Source: an uncultured virus (IMG/VR IMGVR_UViG_3300025896_000025)
Lineage: Duplodnaviria; Heunggongvirae; Uroviricota; Caudoviricetes
Strand: one strand, 5' to 3'
Length of the DNA stretch: 64,000 nt
IMG/VR virus record: IMGVR_UViG_3300025896_000025
Shown: positions 28,642-40,347 of the stretch, in pieces
Layout: each line of letters opens with the position of its first letter
How positions within the stretch are numbered: the stretch's first letter is position 1
The notes under the pieces: generated by a model
Told to the model about the DNA's origin: nothing
The model's input: the letters and a program-made list of their open reading frames with translations, nothing else
Database searches by the model: none
Translations under genes and position numbers: made by a program

Positions 28642-31600
28642 CAACGCCGGTGAAATCGACGTCCCAGTTGGCGTAGATCTCGGTAACGCACTCCGAGACA
28701 TGAAGAAGTTCGCAGACACCATTCGTGCTGCGACTACTGACGCTGAGAAGCTGGGCGCTGCGATCTCAGGGGCCTTCGGTAAGATCCCCCAGAACGGCAA
28801 GGCTTTCCAACAGGCCATCCGTTCCCTGTCCTCAGGTGGGCAGGATGCCTCTGCCATCAACGCCCGGATCCGGGGGCAGGGTGCTCAGGCCAAGGCAACG
28901 CCTGAGGGTCAGTTCGCTCAAATCGCGAAGCAGCAGTCGGCCTTCATTCGTGATCAGATCAAGGGTGGTAAGGATGTTCTCAACATCCTGGCCCTACAGA
29001 CGAGCGAGGTCAACAAGGGCAATCGTCTCGCGCAACAGCGTGCGATTATCACGCAGCGTGAGCTCAATCTCACCAAGGCTCTTCAGCAGAGTGGCGGTGA
29101 GTATACCTCTGCGGTAGCCAAGGCCAATGAGCGCCTGACCAACTCCAACGCCATTCTGGAGCGCATGAATGCGAACCAGAAACAGGCTGTGGTCAATGCC
29201 AAGTACCTTGAAGGCGTTCGAGCTCGCTCTGCCCTGGCTGAGGGTAGGTCCGGCTTCGCGGAGCATGTCGCCCGTGAGAAGTTGGTCAACGCCAACCAGA
29301 GTTACCTCAACCGTCTGCAGGTCAAGTCCGCTCTCACTGACGGCAAAGATGGCATCAACGCCGAGAATGAGCGCGCCAATCAGGCTATCAAGAACCAGAA
29401 CTACTTGGATCGCTTGAAGGTCCGCTCTGCTCTCGACGACTTCAAGAACCAGAAGATCCTGGCTGCTGCTGAAGACGCTGCATTCCAGAAGAAGATCCGC
29501 TACCAGCTTGAGAGCCTGAAGATCGAGGAGCGTCGTCTCAAGAAGGAACTGGCTGATGCCAAGGCCCTGGAAGCGGCCGACGAGAAACGTCTTCGCAATA
29601 AGATCAGACTTCAGCTCAACAGCATCAAGATCGAGGAAGATCGAGTAAAGGCTGAGGGTCGAGCTGCAGCCAAAGCGTACGCTGCCTCACCGAAGGGGTT
29701 GAAGGAAGCTGACGACAAGGCCCGTGCTCGTCGCTACGACATCGCCGTAGGCGACGGTGGGGCTGCTCTCTTCAAGCTCCAGACCAGACTGCTGGCACAG
29801 TATCAGGTAATCGGTGCACTGTTCAACGGGCTCCGTGGCCTAGGTGCTTTCATCGTCGATTTGGATAAGAGCTTCACTCAGCTCCAGGCGATTTCTGCCG
29901 CCACCGATGAGGAGATGAAGTCCCTCTCCGGGACCATCATCGAAGTCTCGAAGTCGACGAAGTTCAGTGCGGTTGAGATCGCTGACGCAGCGGTGACCCT
30001 GTCGCAGGCTGGCTTCTCCGTCAAAGACATCCAGGACTCGATCGGGGCAGTCACTCTGCTGGCCACGGCCTCGGGATCCACCCTGGCTGAGTCGGTCGAC
30101 CTCGCATCGTCCGTTGTCACCGTCTTCAATCTTCGTGCCCAGGAGATGGGCAACGTCGCTGATATCACGACTGGCGCGCTGAACCTAACCAAGCTGTCCG
30201 TCGACAAGCTGGCCCTCGGTGTCCAGTACGCCGGTAACATCGCTGCTGATGCTGGGGTGACCTTCACCGAACTGACCGCCGTTCTTGGTCAGGCTTCGGA
30301 TGCTGGTATCCGTTCGGGCTCCACACTAGGCACCGGCTTCCGTCAGCTCCTCACTGAGTTCGAGAACCCATCTGAGAAGCTTCAGGCGCAGTTGAAGCAC
30401 CTCGGCGCCGGCCTCGATACGATCGATGTGAAGGCCAACGGCTTCAACGGTGTTTTGAAAAACCTCAACGCGATTGGGTTCAGCACCGCTGATGCGATGC
30501 AGGCCCTCGACGTTCGAGCCGCCGCTTTTTTCGCTGCCGTATCCAAGGGCACTTCCGACATCGACTCCTTGCAGCAGGAACTCCTGTACACCAGTGCAGC
30601 CACTGCCGCCAACGCGGTCCAGATGGAAAGCTTGTCCGTCAAGTTCGGTAAGTTTGCCAACGCGGCCGGGATTGCATCGAGCGAGATCACCTCTGGTCTC
30701 GTCATCGCTCTGAAGAAGGCCCTGGATGGCTCTACGAGCCTGATCAGCAGCTTCGGCGATTTGAGCACCGCTGGTAAGCTCTTGGGCACCGTGCTCCTCT
30801 CCGTGGTTGCTGGGGGGGCTGCAGCCGCCCTTGTTCGTATGCTTGGGCTCTCGACTGCGATTGGCAGCCTCATTACGGGCCTACGGGGCGTCGTGGCTGC
30901 CGGGGGCGGGATCTCCGCACTGTTCGCCACGCTCTCTACCGGAGGCATCGTAGCGGTCGCTGTAGGCGCTCTGGTGGCAGCAGTCACCCTTCTGACTGGT
31001 GCATTCGGGTTGCTGGGTGATGAGACCCAGGGTGCAGAATCCAATCTGGCTAAGGTCTCCACCCGACTGAACGAGGCCAGGGGTAAGTTCGACAGCGCCC
31101 GTCAGGCGATGAGCTCGGTCAAGGATGGTCTGACGCAGGTCACTGAGCGAGCCAATTTCCTCCGTCGTGACCAGGGGGAACTGAACACCGAGATCGCAAC
31201 GGCGCAGCAGCGCTTCGGGGATCTCGGGTTTACGATGGAGGGATTGCCGGCGACCTTTGAAGGTCTTCAGCAAGCGTATCTGAACCTACTCACTACCTTG
31301 CAGACCCCGATTGTTACCCACCTTGGTGATCTGATCGATCAGACCAAACAGGCGATCGACGCCCAGAACGCCGTCATTAACCAGAAGTTCTCATCTCCGG
31401 GTCGTGAGAAGTTCATCACCGATCATAACCTCCGTCAGTACGCCCCCAACCCGGACCTTCCTGGTGTGCAGGATGAAGTTGGGATCAAGCCTCAGTCACC
31501 TGCGGTTCAAAAGGGTCTCGTCGCCCTGGACTCCAAGAGCCTGGAAGAGGTCACGGCTGCCATCCGTGATGTCACCAACGAGCAAGGCGGTACTGAGGAA

Positions 31601-33558
31601 GATCGCAAGGTCCGCGAGGATCTGGTCAAGGTTCTCGATCAGCTCCGTGGTGCTCTGTCGCAGCAGAAGGCCAACGAGCTCACCGTAGGTAGACTGACGG
31701 CACAGCAGAGCCAGCAGAACCTCATCAAGAAGGTCGGGCCCCAGGTCGAATCTGCCTTCGCGTACAGCGAGACCTTCACCCAGACGGAGACGGAGAAGCG
31801 CCTCAAGGGTGTGAAGGACAGCACCCAGCGTGACCAGATTGCCAAGGAGATCAAGGAACAGGCGGGCAGGGTACTCGCTGGTGTGATCAAGGGCATCGTC
31901 GACGATCTGAATCCTGATGAGCTCAAAGACTTCCACACGGTCTACGACAACCGGTTGAAGTCAGCCCGTGTTCAGATGACCGCCAAGTATGAAGCCGTCA
32001 TCAAGGAGAACCAGGACGCCCGCGAGAAGGTCAACGACCTGGACATCCAGACCCTCAACGACGAGATCGCCATTCGCGAGAAGATCCTGTCGAGCACCAA
32101 GGATGGAAAGAAGCGTGAGGCCCTGAAGAAGGACATCATCGCCAGAATCAAGCGCAAGGAAGAGCTTGAGCTAGAGGCGCTGAAGACCAACAAGGATCTT
32201 TTGGACGCCCCGACCAATCTACAGGAGAGGGCCAAGGCCAACATTCGGGCGCAGACCCAGGCAGCGATCGATGAGGTCAATCATCGTGACACTCAAGCGG
32301 CTAACCGTCCTACTCGCGCCAAGTACGAGTTCAAGTCTTTCCGTGATAACGAAAACAGAGCCACGAAGGACGCTCTTGATCAGGTCAATCAGGCCAAGGA
32401 TCGAGAACTCTTCCGCGCCGGCCAACCTTCGCAGCAGAACCAGTTTCGTATCGGTTCCTACGATCTGCTCCGCAACCAGGGGAAGATCACCGATAGTCAG
32501 AGGACTGAGGCAGCCAAGCAACAGGAACTGATTGAAACCCAGCGACTGAAGGAGGTAGCACAAATTGAGAATGAGCGACTGCTTGCCCTCACGAAGGTTC
32601 GTGCGGAAGCACAGCTTGAGTACGAGAAGAAGCTGGCAGAGTTCAATCAACTCAACGCAGAAGCTCAAAGCTTCAACGGCACCAAGGAAAAGGGCGACGA
32701 GCTTCTGGCCCTGCGGGACAAGGCGGGTCGTGAAGCCGAGGCATTAAACACCACCATCGAGTAAACACCACCATCGAGAAGTCTCAGGAGCAGGTCACTG
32801 AGGCTATTCAAAAGACCACCGATGCTCAGTCTGAGTATAACGCCCGCCTAGCTGAGACCAAGGAACTGACCGCTGGGCAGGCGATCAAGGGTGGCCTCGA
32901 TGAGTTCGCTCGTCAGGAAGGTCTCTTCGATAGTGCTGCCGTCAAGATTGAGAAGACGATGGTTACCATCGCTGGATCGGTCAGGGATAACCTCGCTGGT
33001 GCATTCACTGATGTGGTCACCGGTACCAAGTCCATGGGCGAGGCGTTCAAGGATTTCGGTAAGAACGTCATCGATACTTTGATCCAGATCGCTGCACAGC
33101 AGGCTGCCAATGCCTTGATAGGTCTCCTCATCGGCTCAATCGGTGGGGGAGGTGGTGGAACTACCCAAGCAGCTACCGCCATCCTGCAGAACGGCCAGCC
33201 TCGTTGGAATGGCGGCAAGATCCGAATGGCCGGCGGGGGTAAAGTCCCCGGCAGCCTGAAGACCCGTGACAACGTGAATGCCTACCTCGCTCCTGATGAG
33301 TGGGTGGTCAACTCCTCGGCAGCGAAGTCCATCGGTGACAAGAAGATGGGAGAGATCAATCAGAAAGGCGCTGCCGCCCTGAGCAATAACCCCATCCCGG
33401 CCATCGTAGTCCCTCCCGCTCCAGCACCCGTCAACGTCTACGCGGTAGGGCAGGATCAGGTGCCGCCGCCGAGTGCCAACGACATCATCGCAATCATCGG
33501 CAATGACATCGCTCGTGGCGGCGTCACCAAGAAACTCATTCATCAGGCGGTTCGCTAA
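28634..33558 (+). CDS. Tape measure protein, interrupted by a 17-nt tandem duplication
   Basis: TP901-type core (LSQAGFS...LLATAS...GIRSGSTLGTGFR); removing one copy at 32745-32778 fuses the two ORFs into 1635 aa. Confidence 0.85.
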
Positions 33559-34473
33559 ATGGAAGTCTTCAACTTTCCCTTCCATAAGTGCCGGACCAAG
33601 TATCCTGAGACCGGAGCCAAGGTCCAGTTCGGTCGTGGGTGGGTCTTCGCTGCTGTTCCAGAGGCGCCTCCTTCAAGGGAGTTTAACCTTACCTTCAAAG
33701 GTATGACCTACTTCGTCGAGTCTGATGGCAAAACCATCGATGACTATACGTGGCCAGGGTTGAACATGAAGCGCCTGGAGGATTTCTACCTCCGGCACCA
33801 GACCCACAAGAGCTTCTGGTATGAGCATCCCGTCTGGGGTTTCCTCAAGGTAAGATTTCAGACACCGATTGATATCCCCGACGTTCACGAGGGTGGCGGA
33901 GGTGTCGTTCAGGAGCTTCAGATCCAACTCAAGGAAGTCCCTGGTCTCGTGGGCTTGGAATATCCTGAGAGCATTCCACCCCCTGTCCCAGCCGCCCTTT
34001 ACATTCTCACCTCGGCGGTCGCCAGCTTCTCAGGGGCCTACAGTTATGTGTCGGTGTCACCGCCCGATAATGCCTATGAGGGCAACACTGGAGCCACCAA
34101 GAGCTTCGATTTCACCGTCTCACGTACCCGTAACTTGGATAGCACCTGTCAGGTTACATGGGCTGTAACAGGCACCATCAGTGCAGATGACTTCGTTGTA
34201 GATCAACCTCTAACTGGAGATCTGTACTTCGATAGTGGCGAGGATACGAAGACCGTTTCCATCGTAGTCAAGGGTGACGTCGTCAAAGAGCGTTCCGAGA
34301 GTCTTCGTGTCTCTCTATCCGACGCCATTAATTGTTACCTCGATGTCTATAGCGCCCAGTGTTTCGTACTGAATGATGATGGAAATACTAGTTCCGGGCC
34401 GTCCAATGCTATCATTACCGAAGATGGTGATTATATAGTGAACGAGGATGGAGTCTTTCTGATTTGGGAATAA
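33559..34473 (+). CDS. Distal tail protein (gpM-like) with a Calx-beta-like domain
   Basis: LEDFYLRH...SFWYEHP; C-terminal EGNTG...FTVSR...DF...GDLYFDSGEDTKTV...GD..KE. Confidence 0.7.
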   Translation: MEVFNFPFHKCRTKYPETGAKVQFGRGWVFAAVPEAPPSREFNLTFKGMTYFVESDGKTIDDYTWPGLNMKRLEDFYLRHQTHKSFWYEHPVWGFLKVRFQTPIDIPDVHEGGGGVVQELQIQLKEVPGLVGLEYPESIPPPVPAALYILTSAVASFSGAYSYVSVSPPDNAYEGNTGATKSFDFTVSRTRNLDSTCQVTWAVTGTISADDFVVDQPLTGDLYFDSGEDTKTVSIVVKGDVVKERSESLRVSLSDAINCYLDVYSAQCFVLNDDGNTSSGPSNAIITEDGDYIVNEDGVFLIWE

Positions 34474-34476
34474 TCT

Positions 34477-34992
34477 GTGGCAATACCCGCCGAGCATGCA
34501 ATTGACGCACAGAAGATGGAGTCGGATGGAATTGTGGACCTCTTTGAGATCCACATGCTGTCTGGCGCTCGCTTCTACTTCAAGAACAATGATCGAGTAG
34601 ATTGGCAAGGTAAGACCTACGAGGGTTGGGCCGGACAGCTCTCGGGAGTGGAGACCAATGCCGATGAGCAGGAAGGTCGTCCGACACTGATCATCGCCAA
34701 CGCCGGCAATGATCCACAGGATGGCACCTTCAATATCAACAGCCTGTTCTCTCCCTTTATCGAGTCCGGTGCCCTAGATGGCGCCACCATTTATCGTCGT
34801 AGGTTGCTTCGTCCACACCTCGATGCTGACCTGAACATCTGTCAGACCCGTCGTTGGATCGCCATTCGAATTGCCAATATGGATGAGCAGACTCTGACCC
34901 TGGAGCTTCGTTCACCGACCGAAGGAACCATGTTCCAGGTTCCTGCCCGTATGTATATGCCGCCTGAGTTTCCGACTGTGAGCTTGACATGA
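34477..34992 (+). CDS. Minor tail protein, gpL-like
   Basis: VDLFEI...WQGKTY...RPTLIIAN...GATIYRRR. Confidence 0.75.
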   Translation: MAIPAEHAIDAQKMESDGIVDLFEIHMLSGARFYFKNNDRVDWQGKTYEGWAGQLSGVETNADEQEGRPTLIIANAGNDPQDGTFNINSLFSPFIESGALDGATIYRRRLLRPHLDADLNICQTRRWIAIRIANMDEQTLTLELRSPTEGTMFQVPARMYMPPEFPTVSLT

Positions 34993-35432
34993 GATACGAA
35001 CATCTCAAGGGTTTGGTCTTTGAGCACGGGGTTCAGGATTGTTACACAATCTTGCGTCAGTTCTACCAAGATAACTTCAACATCACGTTGGGGGATTACG
35101 CTCGCCAGGATGGTTGGTGGGACAAAGGTCAGAACCTCTATGTGGAGAACTTCAGGAAGGAGGGCTTTAGTCTTGTTGATAGTCCTCGCTGGGAACTGAA
35201 GAAGGCAGACGTGATCCTCATGGCCCTACGGTCTCCCGTCGCCAATCACTGTGCCATCTACTTGGGCGATGGCAATATCCTACACCACTTCTATGGGCGT
35301 CTCTCAAATGTCGAGCTCTACAAAGGTCTCTGGTATAACAGCACGGTTGGTGTGATCCGCCACAAGGATGTATCAGTGCCCGACGATTTCCAGGTTCTGA
35401 ACATCCTCGATCTTCGAAAGGGAATGATGTGA
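34989..35432 (+). CDS. NlpC/P60 tail-tip protein (C-terminal half of gpK)
   Basis: DCY...HCAIYLGDG.ILHH. Confidence 0.85.
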   Translation: MRYEHLKGLVFEHGVQDCYTILRQFYQDNFNITLGDYARQDGWWDKGQNLYVENFRKEGFSLVDSPRWELKKADVILMALRSPVANHCAIYLGDGNILHHFYGRLSNVELYKGLWYNSTVGVIRHKDVSVPDDFQVLNILDLRKGMM

Positions 35433-35848
35433 TTAGAGAGAGGTGGGGGATCATACAACATGGATCGGTATTCGAGCTCGCAAACATCGCACTAGAACCA
35501 GAGACGACCTTCCTTCCTGCGTCACAAGACTACGTTCATTTAGATCATCCCGAAACCGTCGCTACTTGGCACACGCATCCGCGCTCCGATAATACTCCAA
35601 GCGAAGAAGATAAAGAAGCTTTCCTGGCATGGCCGCACCTTCTACACTATATACTAGGTAATAACGGTCTTGCTGCTTATCAGATACTCAACGGTGAAGT
35701 CATTGATCACGATCATACTACACGGCTACCTGAAGAACTTATACGATCAGACGATCCAGTTCCAGGTATCAACGCCCTTGGAAGCCTTGCGCGCGCTTAC
35801 GACGCAGATCCCGTGCTTCAAGGCGCGGTTGGGTCGGAAGCCGTATAA
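35429..35848 (+). CDS. JAB/MPN-domain protein (N-terminal half of gpK)
   Basis: WHTHP...PSEED JAMM motif. Confidence 0.75.
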   Translation: MIRERWGIIQHGSVFELANIALEPETTFLPASQDYVHLDHPETVATWHTHPRSDNTPSEEDKEAFLAWPHLLHYILGNNGLAAYQILNGEVIDHDHTTRLPEELIRSDDPVPGINALGSLARAYDADPVLQGAVGSEAV

Positions 35849-36294
35849 GGTATCGATCGAGGGCTGTGACACTGATCTTGATCTCCTGAAGCCCATTACC
35901 GGCAACGAGCTCCACATCTACCCCCTCTTCGCTGGTGCAGCCTCACAGCAAGGCCAGGGGAAGGGGAGCGGTATGTCATGGGGCATGATTGCTGTAGGCG
36001 CTGTCCTTGTTGTGGCGGCTCTTCTAATCCCAGGTGGCGGCCTAATCGCGGCCCTTCTCCTTTCTACCGGCGCCGGCTTGAGCTGGTCTGATGTTGGGAG
36101 GCGTCGCCCAGCTCCTGTCTCCCGCACCAAAGGCCGATGACCCGAACAGCCAGAACTCTGAAGCCTCCAAGTATTTTGGGGCACCGGGGAACACCATCGC
36201 CATTGGAACCAGGATCCCGATCATTTACGGGAAGGCCAAAGTCGGTGGTCACATCCTCTCCTACGATGTCCGGGCTGTGGATGTGAGTGTCTGA
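35703..36294 (+). CDS. Tail assembly protein, gpI-like, frameshifted by an extra 10 nt
   Basis: ILHGYLK...EALRAL...IYPLFAGA, glycine-rich hydrophobic segment, then LGGVAQLLSP...IPIIYG in another frame. Confidence 0.75.
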
Positions 36295-39200
36295 TGGGTG
36301 TTCTTTATGACAACAAAAATGATAATCTGCGCTCTGCTGACACCCTTGAAGTTCTTCTTGGAGTAGGTGAGGGACCAATCTGGGGTCTCGAAAATGGACT
36401 CCAATCCTTCTATTTGGGCGACACGCCCCTGATGAACTCGACGGGGGCTCTCAATTTCAAGGGAGCCTACCTCAAGATCTGGCCCGGTTATGGCACAGGT
36501 GAGATCATCAAGCCGTTTCTTGGCGGGCTGGCCTCATCGACCACTGTGAATGTGCAGTTGCAGAAGGGAACTCCGGTTGTCCGTCGTACCGTCAGGACAA
36601 ACCTGACCTTTATCGACATCCGCTTCGTCATCCAGACTCTGATGGAGAACAACGACAAGGGCAGCTACGACGGCCACTTTAATTTCACGATCGAGTGGAA
36701 GCACACAAGCAGCACTCAATGGTTCGATGCTTTCAATGACCACGATCTGACCATCACTGGTAAGACGACATCTACCTACGTGAAGGAGTTCAGGTTCGCG
36801 GTCGAACCTGGAGATGACACCTACGACATCCGCGTTACGAAGACCAACCCGTCCGAGACGGATATTCATTCACTGTGCGAGGTATCCTGGGAAAGTTTCC
36901 AGGAGGTGTACGGTGCCAACAAATGGGAGTGGCCGCACACCACCATCGCGCATCTGAACACGAAGGCCAGCAATCAACTCAGCAACGGTATCGGGTTCTA
37001 CGGGATCTACAAGGGTCGTCTGATCAACATCCCGTCGAACTTCAATCCAACCCAGAGAACCTACACTGGAATCTGGGACGGGACATTCAAGATCGACTGG
37101 ACCGATGATCCAGCCTGGATCCTCTTCGACTTCATTATCAATGATCGCTATGGTCTCAATGCCTACGACCAAGTAGGTGCGGATAAGTGGGATTTCTACG
37201 AAGCGTCAAAGTGGTGCTCGACCTCCGTCCCCAACGGCAACGGAGGAATGCAGCCCAGGTTCAGCTTCAACTACACACTGGCTGAAGCTTCTCCTGGCAA
37301 AGAGATGGCCCGCTTCATCGCCGGTACCTTCAATGCCTCCCTGTTTGATAGCGGCGACGGCATTGTCAAGATCCGAGTTGATAAGCCTGAAGACGCTATT
37401 CATCTCTTCACACCTGAGAACGTTATAGACGGGAAGTTCAGCTACAGCTTCTCGGATATCAACACGCGCTACAACGATATCACGGTAGCTTTCACCAATC
37501 CAGAAATGAACTGGGAGACAGACCGTCGTCGGGTCTTCAATCAGGAATCCATCGATAAGTTCGGGCGCACGCCGCTGGACTTCGTTGCAGTCGGGGCTCT
37601 CAATTTCCAGGAGGCTATCCGGTCGGCTCGCTATAAGCTGATCACTGGCCTCACTGAGAAGATGACTGTGACCTTCAAGACGAACCGATTGGGTGCTGCT
37701 GTGGAGCCCTTCCAAGTAATCTTGCTGGGTGACAACCGCCTTGGGTTCAGCTTCACGGGTCGCATCATGGCGACCGATCCTGCTGACAAGAGCTTGATCT
37801 ACCTCAGGGATCCTGTCTATCTGGAAGTTGGTGTCGACTACCAGATGAATTTCCAGGTGCCGGATCCCACGTCGTCTGACGCCTACAAGATCATCACTAT
37901 CGGTATTCAGGAACCCCTAGAGGCGGGTCTGCAGAAGATCCTGTATCTTGATTCTGCGCTCCCTGATGATGTGCCTGAGTTCGCCACCTTCTCACTGCAG
38001 CAGTCCACCACGGGGTTCGGGCTTCCGAAGCCTTTCAGAATCCTTTCGGTCAAGGAGAGTGACCCAGACGGTGATGCCTACGAGATCACTGCAATCGAGG
38101 TCAACCGGTATAAGTGGCAGTACGTGGACGATGGCACGTTCATCGAGACACCCCACTACAGCTTTCTCGATCAGAAGCAAACGCCACAACCAAGCAACTT
38201 TCGGGTAGCTACCGAATATGAGATCCAGGACGGTGTGAACACGCCTATCATCATGCTTCGCTGGGATCGGAGCGCAGGTAATACGGTTCGACATTACCGC
38301 TTGGAATACTCAAGGAACGGAGATGCTTTTGCCACCCTAGCCGAGGCCAACGATACTGAATACAAGCTGGTTAACCCACCGGCGGGTCTCTATGACTTCC
38401 GTCTCGTAGCTGTCAATATCTTCAATGTCGATAGCTCCCCACTTGAGATTCTGGACTATCAGGTCGTTGGTGAGACTCGCTTCATCACACGTCCGATCAA
38501 TCTCAGAGACGCGGTGACAGGTACCGCACAGTTCAACACTGCCGACCTACGGGCAGTCTGGGCTCCAGGTCAGGCAGACCCCTACTTCCTGAAGTACCGA
38601 GTGGAGGTACGCACCTCAAATGATGCCACTAACTACATTCTTCGACGCACGGAGTATGTGACATCACCAGAGTACACCTACCGCTTCACAACAAATGCAG
38701 CGGACAATGGGGGCCAAGCAGTTCGGTACGTGGCTTTGTGGATCTGGCACCTCGACAAGAACCTAAATGAATCTGCAGTCACACCGGTTATCTTCTACAA
38801 CCCACCCCCGGCGGCCTTGAATGGTAACTCCTTCGAAGGGGGCTTCGAGGCTTGGCACTTCAACTTCAAACCACAGAACTCGATACCTGACTTCGGAGGT
38901 TATCTTCTCTATGCCTCGACGGTAAGTGGCTTCACCCCCAGTAGTGCTAATGTTGCCTACGATGGCCCTGATTCCACCTTCAGTATTCGTGGTAGCGGAA
39001 GAATATATTGGCGTGCTGCTTGTTACGATGCATTCAAGACAAGTCTGAACCTAACCCCTGAGTATTTTCTTGATGCTGGAGGAACCATTGGTACCGAAGC
39101 GATCGAGAACGGAGCCATCACCACCATGGCGATCTTTGATGTCGCTGGTGCTAGCTCTTCTTCTGGTTCGGCTACTACGACCAATACAGTATTCATTGGG

Positions 39201-39575
39201 GCCTTCACCACCTCCACCAATGGATTGGGTAGGGTTCTACTCTCCCTTACCTCGACATCTAACAATTATCTTGCGCAGGCGTGGTCAAAGGGCAGCTTCA
39301 ATTCCAGCGTGACCTACACAATCTCGATCTATGGAGTTGTCAATAGTGTCTCCCACAATGTCTGGGCACAAACAATGTCCTTTAATGACTCGGGCGGTCT
39401 AGTTACAACACAACTGAATTCGACTCCTTGTGTGGTCAAGCGGGATATTGTCGGCGTAGCCCAGACCTGCAACTACTACTTGACGATTACCTCCACCAGG
39501 AATGAGGACGCTGGACGAACAACGGGCTTCGCGAGAAGTCCGCTGACCCTAACCATCATGGAGTACCTACGATGA
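36294..39575 (+). CDS. Central tail tip/host specificity protein, gpJ-like
   Basis: GEGPIWGL, YTGIWDGTFK..WTDDPAWI, ENVIDGKFSY, FN3-like segments. Confidence 0.9.
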   Translation: MGVLYDNKNDNLRSADTLEVLLGVGEGPIWGLENGLQSFYLGDTPLMNSTGALNFKGAYLKIWPGYGTGEIIKPFLGGLASSTTVNVQLQKGTPVVRRTVRTNLTFIDIRFVIQTLMENNDKGSYDGHFNFTIEWKHTSSTQWFDAFNDHDLTITGKTTSTYVKEFRFAVEPGDDTYDIRVTKTNPSETDIHSLCEVSWESFQEVYGANKWEWPHTTIAHLNTKASNQLSNGIGFYGIYKGRLINIPSNFNPTQRTYTGIWDGTFKIDWTDDPAWILFDFIINDRYGLNAYDQVGADKWDFYEASKWCSTSVPNGNGGMQPRFSFNYTLAEASPGKEMARFIAGTFNASLFDSGDGIVKIRVDKPEDAIHLFTPENVIDGKFSYSFSDINTRYNDITVAFTNPEMNWETDRRRVFNQESIDKFGRTPLDFVAVGALNFQEAIRSARYKLITGLTEKMTVTFKTNRLGAAVEPFQVILLGDNRLGFSFTGRIMATDPADKSLIYLRDPVYLEVGVDYQMNFQVPDPTSSDAYKIITIGIQEPLEAGLQKILYLDSALPDDVPEFATFSLQQSTTGFGLPKPFRILSVKESDPDGDAYEITAIEVNRYKWQYVDDGTFIETPHYSFLDQKQTPQPSNFRVATEYEIQDGVNTPIIMLRWDRSAGNTVRHYRLEYSRNGDAFATLAEANDTEYKLVNPPAGLYDFRLVAVNIFNVDSSPLEILDYQVVGETRFITRPINLRDAVTGTAQFNTADLRAVWAPGQADPYFLKYRVEVRTSNDATNYILRRTEYVTSPEYTYRFTTNAADNGGQAVRYVALWIWHLDKNLNESAVTPVIFYNPPPAALNGNSFEGGFEAWHFNFKPQNSIPDFGGYLLYASTVSGFTPSSANVAYDGPDSTFSIRGSGRIYWRAACYDAFKTSLNLTPEYFLDAGGTIGTEAIENGAITTMAIFDVAGASSSSGSATTTNTVFIGAFTTSTNGLGRVLLSLTSTSNNYLAQAWSKGSFNSSVTYTISIYGVVNSVSHNVWAQTMSFNDSGGLVTTQLNSTPCVVKRDIVGVAQTCNYYLTITSTRNEDAGRTTGFARSPLTLTIMEYLR

Positions 39576-39955
39576 GACTGGTTCTTCACGACGAGGATGG
39601 TCGGATCACCCACACAGTTGAGGCGGCGGTGGATTGTTGTCGGGGTTTGCTCGACACCTGGGATCTGCTCGTGGTGGTCGACGAACTCCCGGACATGAAC
39701 ACGTTCTATGTGAAGGATGGGGAGGTCATAGAACGACCCACTATCCCTCAACCCGATAGGACAACGCTGATCGCGGATGGTTACGATACAATCGTGATGA
39801 ACTTCCCTGAGGAACTATGGGTCTCGATCGATGAGGTCATGCTTGAAGCCCCTACCGATATGTTGGAGCTCGTTTCCGACCATGCTGACACTTACGAGAT
39901 TGAGATAAATCAGTGGCCCTACTTTCCCTTTCGTACGCAGGTCGTCGCGACATGA
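39572..39955 (+). CDS. Tail-associated hypothetical protein
   Basis: Follows the J-like gene; YVKDGEVIERP. Confidence 0.6.
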   Translation: MRLVLHDEDGRITHTVEAAVDCCRGLLDTWDLLVVVDELPDMNTFYVKDGEVIERPTIPQPDRTTLIADGYDTIVMNFPEELWVSIDEVMLEAPTDMLELVSDHADTYEIEINQWPYFPFRTQVVAT

Positions 39956-40344
39956 AGTTGAACCTAACCAAAGAGCTCGGCGTGATTAAGAAGAAGAGCA
40001 GCGATCGGGTGCGAGAGGAGATCGAAGCTAAGATCAATGATCAGCTTAGCTTCTTCGATCTTACACCCTTGGAGCTCGTCTCGCTTCTGTTCGAGGCGCA
40101 GTCCGTCATTGTTGACAAGAAGCCGGATCCACTGATGTATCCGTGCCTCGTGCAGTATGCCACCTATAAGCAGACACTCAAAGAGACGGCCTTGTTCGTT
40201 CTCGACAAGCGAGTGCAGATCATGAACAAGGTCTCGCGATTGCGTAAGAAACTAGCAACCGCTCAGAGTGACATCAGTAAAGCTAAATCGAGTTATGATG
40301 TAAAACACAGCGTGGAAAGTCTTGACCTGAACGCTGATATATAG
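39952..40344 (+). CDS. Hypothetical protein (possible fibre assembly factor)
   Basis: ATGA coupling. Confidence 0.55.
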   Translation: MKLNLTKELGVIKKKSSDRVREEIEAKINDQLSFFDLTPLELVSLLFEAQSVIVDKKPDPLMYPCLVQYATYKQTLKETALFVLDKRVQIMNKVSRLRKKLATAQSDISKAKSSYDVKHSVESLDLNADI

Positions 40345-40347
40345 AAT

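Noticed and set aside
29150..29650. Repeats within the tape measure gene
   Set aside because: Degenerate NxxYLxxxxxxSAL and KIRxQLxSxKIEE peptide repeats are normal for TMPs.
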